Of a stretch of DNA of 64,000 bases, positions 38,604-46,913 are shown piece after piece. Positions within the stretch are counted from its first letter, which is position 1, and every line of letters begins with the position of its first letter. The notes beneath the pieces were generated by a model. The model searched no databases, was not told where the DNA came from, and saw nothing but the letters and a program-made list of their open reading frames with translations. A program made the position numbers and the translations under genes. Origin of the DNA: Candidatus Woesearchaeota archaeon (GTDB taxonomy: Archaea; Nanobdellota; Nanobdellia; Woesearchaeales; ARS49); contig WJJS01000015.1 of NCBI GenBank assembly GCA_014729505.1, positions 35,300 to 99,299 on the forward strand, written 5' to 3'.

Positions 38604-39131
38604 ATGCTCATCTTACAACTCCTCTACTTTATGCTTCCAGCATATTTTGCAAATATGGCACCGGTCTTTGCACGACAGCATCTCGAATGGCTCAATATAC
38701 CACTCGACGGAGGAAAAAAATGGAGAGGAAAACCCATTTTGGGATCACACAAAACGCTACGAGGAGTAGTTAGTGGAGTAGTGGTCGGAGTTGTTGTAGC
38801 TGCCGTACAGTATCTTTTGCTTCCAATTACAGGATGGTTGTCGCTGTATTCTTATGAGCACTGGATACTACTAGGACTTGCACTGTCTTTTGGAGCGCTA
38901 CTGGGTGATATACTCAAGAGTTTTTTCAAACGACAAATCGGCGTAAAAAGTGGCAAAGCATGGGTTCCCTTCGATCAAATAGACTATGCTGTTGGAGCAC
39001 TTGCGATAGGCGCACTCGTGTACTTTCCAGGATGGTTGAATGCTCTATACATAGTCCTACTCAGCGTCACATTACATTTTATCGTCAACGCGATAGGCTT
39101 TGCCCTTGGCATACGAAAACAGATATTATGA
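38604..39131 (+). CDS. carS: CDP-archaeol synthase-like (CarS/DUF46 family) membrane protein
   Basis: 175 aa, 5 TM; N-terminal LPAYFANMAPVF ... ILGSHKTLRG pattern of CarS. Confidence 0.6.
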   Translation: MLILQLLYFMLPAYFANMAPVFARQHLEWLNIPLDGGKKWRGKPILGSHKTLRGVVSGVVVGVVVAAVQYLLLPITGWLSLYSYEHWILLGLALSFGALLGDILKSFFKRQIGVKSGKAWVPFDQIDYAVGALAIGALVYFPGWLNALYIVLLSVTLHFIVNAIGFALGIRKQIL

Positions 39132-39682
39132 AAGAACTGTTTCGAAAACTCTTCCACATGCTCGTCGGACTACTGCTCATAGCAGGTTATTTTTTAGCAC
39201 AACAATGGATAAGTCTCACCGCAATCTATTACCTTCTTTTTGTTGGTATGACTAGCAGTTTAGTTATTGACGCTGTTCTCGCGCATCTAAACTGGTCAGC
39301 ACCGGGCTACAAACAATTACAACGACAACATGAACGCAACGGTATTCATAGCAACAGTTATTTCCTTCTTGGAACACTGCTCTCATTTATCATGTTTGAA
39401 CAGCACATCGCACTTGCAGCAATACTGATGCTTATCTTTGGCGATGCATTAGCAGCACTCGTCGGCAAACGATGGGGAACACCATTTCTTGGCCAAAAAA
39501 GCATAGAAGGAAGTCTAACCATGTTTGTCGTCAGCCTGATCGTAGGTTTATTTGTTGTCGAATCACTGCCCGTCGTCTTTATTATGGCAATAACAGCAAT
39601 GATTGCAGAGCGTTTTTCCGGATCTCTTGATGATAACGTGATGATACCATTATTTGCAGGACTTACAGGATCACTACTCTAA
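39128..39682 (+). CDS. CTP-transferase family 1 membrane protein (CdsA/dolichol-kinase-like)
   Basis: C-terminal motif LIFGDALAALVGKRWGTPFLG..KSIEGSLTMF typical of the CdsA/Sec59 family; start taken at MKELF (39128) overlapping the carS stop. Confidence 0.55.
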   Translation: MKELFRKLFHMLVGLLLIAGYFLAQQWISLTAIYYLLFVGMTSSLVIDAVLAHLNWSAPGYKQLQRQHERNGIHSNSYFLLGTLLSFIMFEQHIALAAILMLIFGDALAALVGKRWGTPFLGQKSIEGSLTMFVVSLIVGLFVVESLPVVFIMAITAMIAERFSGSLDDNVMIPLFAGLTGSLL

Positions 39683-40182
39683 AACACAAACCATGACACG
39701 AAAGCGATGAGCACCAAGAGCGTCATAGAAAGAAAAACGCTTCTAATACCAGTTCTTTGAAACAATAAAGATCCTGTTGGAAATCCAAGAAGAAACGCAA
39801 GCGACGCAACCATCTGCAATTGTCCGACGCGATAACCTGCTAAAAGGGCTGCGCCTAGTAATCCGTACAAGACGTATTGGCTCGGCGATCCTTCATGACA
39901 AAGCCAACACAACGGAGACGAGACATTCTTGAAGTGCAGGAGTGCCACAAGCAGTACCAGCACACCGATAATACCGCTTGTCACGATTGTCGACAAGAAA
40001 CCAGACAAAAACACCCAGGCAATGAGCAGCACGAAAATTTCTTGACTGAACTGCAAAAACACCCGTGCATGAACAAGTTCTTCCTTAGCCCATTTTCCAA
40101 CGAGAAAACCAAGAAGAAGACCGACTGATGAAATAACACTGAGAGCAAGATAGACCATTATTCCCATTGAGAATGACCCCAC
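39679..40182 (-). CDS. membrane protein
   Basis: 5 TM helices. Confidence 0.35.
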   Translation of the reverse strand: MGSFSMGIMVYLALSVISSVGLLLGFLVGKWAKEELVHARVFLQFSQEIFVLLIAWVFLSGFLSTIVTSGIIGVLVLLVALLHFKNVSSPLCWLCHEGSPSQYVLYGLLGAALLAGYRVGQLQMVASLAFLLGFPTGSLLFQRTGIRSVFLSMTLLVLIAFVSWFVF

Positions 40183-40409
40183 TGAATAAGCAAATCGACA
40201 CCAAGACGTTCGACTTCAAGCGGGATGTCGCAAGCACCATAACACGAGCCAAGCCAAATAATGATCTGAGCAGATGTATGAGCAGTGAGATGATCATAGA
40301 TTTCACCAGCTCGAGGCTTAAGACCGTCAGGTAATTGAATACAAACTGTTTTAGCCTTCTCATCGATTATGCGCTTCACTACACGATCCAGTTCCAAATC
40401 ATAATGCAT
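40158..40409 (-). pseudogene. dph2: N-terminal fragment of diphthamide synthesis protein Dph2 (83 aa; truncated)
   Basis: YDLELDRVVKRIIDEKAKTVCIQLPDGLK...GSCYGACDI...GHS matches the Dph2 N-terminus; the ORF stops after GHSQWE; the remaining ~250 aa including the Fe-S cysteines are absent, and the downstream ORF is an unrelated membrane protein in another frame. Confidence 0.45.
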
Positions 40410-40444
40410 ACGTTCTGCTGAGAAAAAAAGGTATAAAAAGATAA

Positions 40445-40556
40445 CGCCCCCGGCAGGATTTGAACCTGCGACCTGACGGTCTCTTTCAAAGCTTGCTTAG
40501 AGCAACAAGCGAAGCAAGATAACAGCCGTCCGCTCTAACCACTGAGCCACAGGGGC
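40445..40556 (-). tRNA. tRNA-Asn (GUU) with a 39-nt intron at the 37/38 position
   Basis: Manual fold: acceptor GCCCCTG/CGGGGGC, D arm GCTCAGTGGTTAGAGC, anticodon stem GACGG/CCGTC, loop CTGTTA|intron|A, T arm GCAGG-TTCAAAT-CCTGC; intron lies at plus 40481-40519. Confidence 0.8.
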
Positions 40557-40768
40557 ATGATCGCTTGAGCAAGTCAGAGATTTATAAACGTTTCGCGACA
40601 AGTCAGGCGGTGACTGCGCTTTTTGTCAGCTCTTGTTACAGACATCGCTGCATTATGCGCGACGCGCACCTGTTAGCACTTATTGCTACCATGTGCACTG
40701 CCCTGAAATGCGCCAGCTCCTTTGGAGTTGCACAATCCTTAAATAACGCGCTTGTCTTTTTTTGCGTT

Positions 40769-41371
40769 ATGAAAGTGAAGCTAAAGCACCTCGTTGCGTT
40801 AGGGATTTTGATCATTGCCGCCTATCTTGCTTACTGGTATACGATTCCAAGCTATCCAGATATTATTACCCCAAAACCGGATTTTGGCAATCCTGACTCG
40901 CCCATAAAAATCATTGAGTTTTCAGATCTGCAATGTCCTGCATGCGCTCAAGCCCATCCTATTGCAATACAACTACTCGAAGAATACGGAGATGACATCA
41001 GCTTTCAATTCTACCATTTTCCGCTGCGCAGCATACACGCATACGCCCAAAAAGCTGCAGAAGGTGCAGAATGCGCCAATGATCAAGGCATGATGAAAGA
41101 ATATATCGACGCAGCATTCAAAAATAACAACCGATTATCGACAAGCGATCTTAAACTCTATGCGAGCGCACTAGGTATGGACGACACCTTCAATGATTGT
41201 CTTGACAGCGGGGCAAAAGCAGCGCTAGTTGAAAGTGATTACCGAGTCGGCATTTCAAAAGGAGTAAAAGCAACGCCAACATTTTTCATCAATGATGAGA
41301 AAGTTGAACAAGTCACACTGCAGTCTCTAAGAACAAGAATCGAAATGTTACTTGCAAGTGCTAACGCCTAG
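40769..41371 (+). CDS. DsbA-like thiol:disulfide oxidoreductase with N-terminal TM anchor
   Basis: CPAC active site in a thioredoxin fold preceded by one TM helix; start taken at MKVKLKH (40769), since the ORF-track extension to 40565 abuts the tRNA. Confidence 0.7.
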   Translation: MKVKLKHLVALGILIIAAYLAYWYTIPSYPDIITPKPDFGNPDSPIKIIEFSDLQCPACAQAHPIAIQLLEEYGDDISFQFYHFPLRSIHAYAQKAAEGAECANDQGMMKEYIDAAFKNNNRLSTSDLKLYASALGMDDTFNDCLDSGAKAALVESDYRVGISKGVKATPTFFINDEKVEQVTLQSLRTRIEMLLASANA

Positions 41372-41474
41372 TAAATATCACAAGGAATTATCGAGTTAAA
41401 AGAACATTTTTTATACGATAATTTGAAGTCGAAGGCAAACTTTTTCTAAAAGTTTGATCAAAAGAAGTGAGTAT

Positions 41475-41491
41475 GGGGACTTGTAGTCCCC
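41475..41491 (-). terminator. hairpin immediately 3' of tRNA-Ile
   Basis: GGGGACT-TGT-AGTCCCC perfect 7-bp stem. Confidence 0.35.
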
Positions 41492-41500
41492 AACGCTCTA

Positions 41501-41574
41501 TGGGCCCGCGAAGATTTGAACTCCGGACCTCACGATTATCAGTCGTGCGCTCCACCAGGCTAAGCTACGGGCCC
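41501..41574 (-). tRNA. tRNA-Ile (GAU)
   Basis: Acceptor GGGCCCG/CGGGCCC, anticodon stem CACGA/TCGTG, loop CTGATAA, T arm CGGAG-TTCAAAT-CTTCG, discriminator A. Confidence 0.85.
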
Positions 41575-41614
41575 GCAGGACAAAGGCGAGCGTGCCGTGT
41601 TATAAAGTTTTTGG

Positions 41615-42433
41615 TTACTCGTCATACACGGTCCTATCATTGTCGTCGAGCGCCACAGTTCTAGCAAGCTCTTTGTTAATACTAAACTCTTTTCCAAGAT
41701 CGGGTAACGAAAACGAAGAGAGACGGGCAACCACTCTTTCAATAACCTTTATTTTTGCTGCGCGGCGCACGGTACGCTTTGAATCATCACCAATATTTTC
41801 CAAGCGATTATCGCTGATAATCAGAACTGCACAAGCGCGCACACCAATATCCTCTGCGCGCGCATACAACGCTGCCACTTCCATCTCCAGACTATCAGGA
41901 TTAATTTTTTTATAGAACGGATTATTGTGAGGAAGCTGCAAGGTCACCGCAGGAACAGTAATATTAACGCCCTTATGCAGCGGGATGTGGTCCCGCAAAC
42001 AATCATACACCTTGTTCAGTAACTCCTTATCAGGCCGATCAACATGACGATCAGGAGTAATTGCATGATACAACCCGTGGAAATGAAACGCTTCAACAGG
42101 CAACACAACAGAACCGACAGGCACGTCATGAAAACCAAACGCGTACCCAATGAAAATAATGTTACGACAACCCCCATCATGCATCTCAGTCATCACATCA
42201 ACAACAGCAGGAGCGCCATACACGTTACTGACAAGCGGATAATACTTTCCATCCTTTTTGACCAAATGACCATGATACACTGCATCTTTTGAAGAAACAA
42301 CCTCATCAAAAAATCCAAGTACCTGTTGTTCAAACTCCGGCGAATTCGTCCCGGCAAGAATAATACCGACATCTTCAAAACTGTCCTTTCCAAATAATGA
42401 TTTTGCCCACGTTCCCATAACGAAAGCACTCAC
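41615..42433 (-). CDS. nucleoside phosphorylase family protein (PNP/UDP/MTAP-like)
   Basis: C-terminal EMEVAALYARAEDIGVRACAVLIISD matches the PNP_UDP_1 family pattern. Confidence 0.55.
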   Translation of the reverse strand: MSAFVMGTWAKSLFGKDSFEDVGIILAGTNSPEFEQQVLGFFDEVVSSKDAVYHGHLVKKDGKYYPLVSNVYGAPAVVDVMTEMHDGGCRNIIFIGYAFGFHDVPVGSVVLPVEAFHFHGLYHAITPDRHVDRPDKELLNKVYDCLRDHIPLHKGVNITVPAVTLQLPHNNPFYKKINPDSLEMEVAALYARAEDIGVRACAVLIISDNRLENIGDDSKRTVRRAAKIKVIERVVARLSSFSLPDLGKEFSINKELARTVALDDNDRTVYDE

Positions 42434-42505
42434 AATACCTGTATAAAAAGTTTATGACCTGAGGGCGTAACTGGACATGCGCCCATAAGGTTTAAAAGCT
42501 AACAA

Positions 42506-44011
42506 TTGATGTGTGAGCATATGATTTCAACGATAGCTGCGCCGACGACAGATCCAGTACTCAATCTTGCACTTGACACGGTGCGACAAGGAAAACAAGC
42601 GCTCGTCTTTGTAAACACCAAGCGATCGGCAGAAAAAGTAGCTGAAGAGATCAGTAAAAGAATTGAAGGCAAAGCATACAACGCACTAGCAGAAAAAGTT
42701 CTTGGAGCATTGTCAAAACCAACAAAACAATGCAAACGATTAGCTGCAATCATCAAAAAAGGAGTGGCCTTTCACCACGCAGGACTTGCCAGTGCGCAAA
42801 AACACCTGATAGAAGACACTTTCCGTGAAGGAAAAGTCAGCATTATTTGTTGCACACCGACATTGGCTGCAGGACTCAACCTACCAGCGTACCGCGCTAT
42901 CATACGAGATCTTAAACGATATGCAGGACGATTTGGCATGCGATTTATTCCCGTCCTTGAATACCACCAAATGGCAGGGCGGGCAGGACGACCTGGCTAT
43001 GATGATCACGGCGAAGCAATTATTGTTGCCACTGCACAAGCAGAAGCAGACGACATCTATGACGAATATATTTGCGGCGAACCTGAAAACATCCAATCAA
43101 AACTCAACGTTGAACCGGTCATGCGCACGTATTTATTATCACTTATCTCGTCAAAAATCATCCAAACGGATGATCAAATACTTGATTTTTTCAAAGATAC
43201 GTTTTGGGCATACCAGTACGAAGATATGGCACGACTCGAGGACACCATATACAAAACATTATCTGTATTGTTGAAATGGCAGTTCTTACTTGAACAAGAC
43301 GGGAAATACCGCGCAACAGCAATCGGACACCGCGTAGCACAACTCTATCTCGACCCGCTAACCGCACATCATATCGTCAAAGGCATCAAACGATCACCAA
43401 CAGTAGCACTGCGACCAGTGAGCTTTATACAACTCGTCTGTCACACCAATGAAATGTGGCCATTACTCTCAGTGAAATCAAAAGAATACGAACTAGTACA
43501 ACAAAAAGTAGTTGAATGGGAAAACCAATTACTTGACAAAGAACCAAGCATGTTTGAACTCGATTACGAAGACTGGCTTAAAAGCATCAAGACAAGCCTG
43601 CTCTTTTTGGACTGGATCGATGAGCACAGCGAAAACTATCTCCTCGAAACCTACAATGTTCGACCGGGAGAACTCAAAGCAAAACTAGACAAAGCAGAAT
43701 GGTTATTGTATGGCATGTCGGAACTCTCCATACTCCTTGATCGCCACGATCTCGTGTCTCACATTAGCAAAGTACGCATACGACTCAAAAACGGCGTGCG
43801 AGAAGAACTGTTGCCATTATTAAAACTCAAAGGAGTGGGACGCGTACGAGCACGACAACTCTTTAGACACGGAATAAAAATTCCATCAGATCTGATCAAA
43901 GCAAAAGCCACGCTTCCCCGACTCTTAGGACCAAAAATAGCCAAGAACTTATTATCGCAATTAGGACATGAAATGGATACAAACACAGGACGGCTCGCTG
44001 ACTTTACATAG
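42506..44011 (+). CDS. Hel308/Ski2-type helicase, C-terminal half only (RecA2, winged helix, ratchet, HhH domains)
   Basis: Helicase motifs IV-VI (FHHAGL, QMAGRAGR) followed by WH/ratchet and a C-terminal HhH region; no Walker A/DEAH RecA1 domain, and only 72 bp of non-coding DNA lie upstream. Confidence 0.75.
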   Translation: MMCEHMISTIAAPTTDPVLNLALDTVRQGKQALVFVNTKRSAEKVAEEISKRIEGKAYNALAEKVLGALSKPTKQCKRLAAIIKKGVAFHHAGLASAQKHLIEDTFREGKVSIICCTPTLAAGLNLPAYRAIIRDLKRYAGRFGMRFIPVLEYHQMAGRAGRPGYDDHGEAIIVATAQAEADDIYDEYICGEPENIQSKLNVEPVMRTYLLSLISSKIIQTDDQILDFFKDTFWAYQYEDMARLEDTIYKTLSVLLKWQFLLEQDGKYRATAIGHRVAQLYLDPLTAHHIVKGIKRSPTVALRPVSFIQLVCHTNEMWPLLSVKSKEYELVQQKVVEWENQLLDKEPSMFELDYEDWLKSIKTSLLFLDWIDEHSENYLLETYNVRPGELKAKLDKAEWLLYGMSELSILLDRHDLVSHISKVRIRLKNGVREELLPLLKLKGVGRVRARQLFRHGIKIPSDLIKAKATLPRLLGPKIAKNLLSQLGHEMDTNTGRLADFT

Positions 44012-44600
44012 CGAACAATACGACGAGACTTTGCATTCTTTAAGTGGTGCAAAAGAAGAAGCCATAAAAAAATACGTCGAGCCATGCATGATTTCAGGTC
44101 ACACAAACATTACTATTCTTGATATTTGTTTTGGTCTTGGGTACAATAGCGCAGCAGCACTTGATGCAAGACGTGCAGGTAAGACAAGCATTGTAGCGAT
44201 TGAAAACGATGAGACTATCCTGCAACAAGTCCTCAACATGGACTATCCTTTTTCAAGTCACGAAATGCTCTGTCACGCTATACGACAAGGATCATATGAG
44301 GATCAACACGTATCCCTACAACTTGTAGTAGGCGATGTCCGATCAGTGGTACCAACATTACCATGTACTTTTGATGCTGTCTTTTTCGATCCGTTCTCGC
44401 CAAAAAAATGTCCAGAACTATGGACAACAACACTGTTTGCTCAGGTTTTTCGCGTCATGAAACCGGGAGCAGTACTGGCAACATACAGTTGTGCGCGCAG
44501 CGTACGAGAAGCGATGATCAGTGCAGGATTTCACGTACGCGACGGTCCATGTGTTGGACGAAAAAGTCCGGCAACCATAGCAATTAAACCCAGTGAGTAA
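43968..44600 (+). CDS. SAM-dependent methyltransferase, MnmC-like (DUF752)
   Basis: FFDPFSPKKCPELW motif characteristic of the MnmC methyltransferase domain. Confidence 0.5.
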   Translation: MKWIQTQDGSLTLHSEQYDETLHSLSGAKEEAIKKYVEPCMISGHTNITILDICFGLGYNSAAALDARRAGKTSIVAIENDETILQQVLNMDYPFSSHEMLCHAIRQGSYEDQHVSLQLVVGDVRSVVPTLPCTFDAVFFDPFSPKKCPELWTTTLFAQVFRVMKPGAVLATYSCARSVREAMISAGFHVRDGPCVGRKSPATIAIKPSE

Positions 44601-44766
44601 CACAGCACAAGACAATACTCAAGGCAGAAACGTTTATATACAGGTTTTTTGGTCAGTAATACACGCTGGAGTACAATCTTGACGTGACGGCAACTCTTTA
44701 TGTTATCCGAACAGATGGTCTTCGGTTCTCAAGGCGCGGTTGCTCACGACCGTGCTTATCACACAC

Positions 44767-44858
44767 GCCCGAGTAGTATAGTCTGGATAGTACGCACGGT
44801 TGCGGAAGAATACTTTTGCAAAATCCGTGTAACCGGGGTTCGAATCCTCGCTCGGGCA
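44767..44858 (+). tRNA. tRNA-Arg (GCG) with an 18-nt intron at 37/38
   Basis: Acceptor GCCCGAG/CTCGGGC, anticodon stem CACGG/CCGTG, loop TTGCGG|intron 44806-44823|T, T arm CGGGG-TTCGAAT-CCTCG, discriminator A. Confidence 0.7.
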
Positions 44859-45100
44859 TGTTTTACTTGTTAGATTTTCTTTGTTTTTCTATGGCTCGTC
44901 TTCGAACCCGGGTTCGTCACCTCGAAATCTGGGATTTCGCGGACCTCGAACACCTGTGGTGTTCAAGGAATCCTCGCTCGGGCATACTTACATTGCCTTT
45001 TGGGCTTTGTTTTGTTTTTCTATGGCTCGTCTTCGAACCCGGGTTCGTCACCTCGAAATCTGCGATTTCGCGAACCTGTTAGGCTGGAGAAAACACCAAT
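44859..45100. repeat. two tandem ~130-bp units downstream of tRNA-Arg, each with a ~70-bp conserved core (palindrome CGAACCCGGGTTCG plus a 7-bp-stem hairpin) and a partial copy of the tRNA-Arg 3' end
   Basis: Cores 44880-44945 and 45006-45075 differ at 2 positions; 44967-44983 gaatcctcgctcgggca duplicates the tRNA 3' end (44842-44858); hairpins CGAAATC-TGG-GATTTCG (44921-44938) and CGAAATC-TGC-GATTTCG (45051-45068). Confidence 0.7.
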
Positions 45101-45106
45101 ACAAAA

Positions 45107-46861
45107 TTAGGATCTGCCGCGCTGTTTGTTGTACAATTCTTCGACAAGATCAAGATCAGAACTATCCTCCACGCCGCGATCCGCACGCAACGCGAGAAAA
45201 CGAGGAAAACGCAACGCATAACCACTGGAATACGTAGGTGACTTTTGGATTTCCTCATACGCCACCTCGATGACGACAGAAGGATTCACTACCACTTCTT
45301 TACCGGTCTCTTTAACAATGAGAGGTTTGAGCAATTCAGTCATCTCTGCAAACGAAAAACCCTCCTCAGGCTTTTCCTTTAGACCCGTTGCTACACGTCC
45401 AATCTCAACAAGATCCCCATTGGCATTGCGCACAGCAATACGAAAACTACTAATCCAATGAGCGCGCTTACCCTCGCCCCATTCGCCACCGACAATAACA
45501 ACATCAAGCGTTTCCATCACAGGCTTAAGTTTTACACCATACCCTACGCGTTTGCCGGGCTTATACATTCCCTCGATGTTTTTAATCATTAACCCCTCAT
45601 TACCACTCTTTAACGATTCCTTGTAAAAATCATCAATCTTTTTTGCATCATCAGTGACAAGCTGATCAATCACACGAATCAAGGGTTTGTTCACCACAAC
45701 CTTAAGGAGTTTTTTGCGACGCTTCTCAAACGATTCTTTGATCAACGTTTTACCATCGAGATACATTAGATCGAACATGTTCAGTTCCACAGGCAATTTC
45801 TTAGCAAGCTCTTCAATATCATACTTACGTTTAATACGCTGAGAAATATTTTGAAACGGCAAATACTTGCCGGTCTTGACACTAAAACCGACCGCTTCAG
45901 AATCAATAATACAAGAAGAAACCTTAATGTTTTTTTTCACTAACGCAATGAGTTCAGGAAATTGCTTGGATACCTCTTCAAGACGACGAGTAAACATCCA
46001 CACCTTATCAGCATTTTTATGAATCTGCAAACGAAAACCATCAAACTTATACTCACAAGCAGCAGGACTACCAACCGTTTTCAACGCCTCTTCAATAGTC
46101 TCTGCCTTCGGATACAACATCACTTTAATAGGTTTACCCGGTGTAAGCTCAATAGAACTAAGACCTTTGCGACCTTTCTTTTCTAGTAATTCAGCAATCT
46201 TTGCAAAATCATTAGTCAAATTATACGCCTCTTCAACTTCATCAACGGCCTGCGCGTAATCTTTTCGATCAGTACCAAAGACAAGAGCATTCTTCTCCTT
46301 GTCATAAGACACCTGTATTTCCTTTGACAAATACGCCCAGACAATCGCATCACGCATCACCCCCTCGCCAAGACCAGTGCGCATATCACCAATGACCGTA
46401 CGCACCAAATACTTCGCTTCCAAAGGGCTGGCACTGGACAACAGTTCAGCAATAATCTTTACCTTACGATCAACAGTACCCTGACCTTCAAGCTCTGCAA
46501 GCTTTTCAAGATTCTTCTGCACTTTATCAACAGTAAGTGATTGTGAAAACAGTGTTGATTGAGTCTTCTTCTTAGTTAACTCTTCAGCAACCTCGCCAAT
46601 ATCGCCAAGCTTTTTCCAACGCATCTCAATCTTGGCAATGGATTCTCCTGTGCTCACACTCAATGCCTTAAGCAACAAACGGGAAGCCACGCCCATTTTA
46701 CGAGAATCCCAATCAGGAAACACCTTACCCTCAATAAGATAAATAATATGACAACCGCCCTTATGAGACTGCAAAAACTCGCCGACAAGAACAGTCTTTT
46801 CAAGACGTTTAGACGTCTTCTCAAGAGACGCATAGAGTTTTACAAGATCAAGATAGTCCAT
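45107..46861 (-). CDS. lig: ATP-dependent DNA ligase
   Basis: Adenylation motif KxDGxR (EYKFDGFRLQIHK), OB and DNA-binding domains; start at the internal Met (46861), since the ORF-track N-terminal extension is hydrophobic and non-ligase. Confidence 0.9.
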   Translation of the reverse strand: MDYLDLVKLYASLEKTSKRLEKTVLVGEFLQSHKGGCHIIYLIEGKVFPDWDSRKMGVASRLLLKALSVSTGESIAKIEMRWKKLGDIGEVAEELTKKKTQSTLFSQSLTVDKVQKNLEKLAELEGQGTVDRKVKIIAELLSSASPLEAKYLVRTVIGDMRTGLGEGVMRDAIVWAYLSKEIQVSYDKEKNALVFGTDRKDYAQAVDEVEEAYNLTNDFAKIAELLEKKGRKGLSSIELTPGKPIKVMLYPKAETIEEALKTVGSPAACEYKFDGFRLQIHKNADKVWMFTRRLEEVSKQFPELIALVKKNIKVSSCIIDSEAVGFSVKTGKYLPFQNISQRIKRKYDIEELAKKLPVELNMFDLMYLDGKTLIKESFEKRRKKLLKVVVNKPLIRVIDQLVTDDAKKIDDFYKESLKSGNEGLMIKNIEGMYKPGKRVGYGVKLKPVMETLDVVIVGGEWGEGKRAHWISSFRIAVRNANGDLVEIGRVATGLKEKPEEGFSFAEMTELLKPLIVKETGKEVVVNPSVVIEVAYEEIQKSPTYSSGYALRFPRFLALRADRGVEDSSDLDLVEELYNKQRGRS

Positions 46862-46913
46862 AATCGCTAACAATAATGATTTGTTAATAAGAGTTGTTGT
46901 TTGAAGAGTTGTC

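Noticed and set aside
40565-40768. Upstream extension of the DsbA-like ORF
   Set aside because: It would start 9 bp from the tRNA-Asn gene and encodes a Cys/Arg-rich non-protein-like peptide; a TM-helix start at 40769 is sensible.
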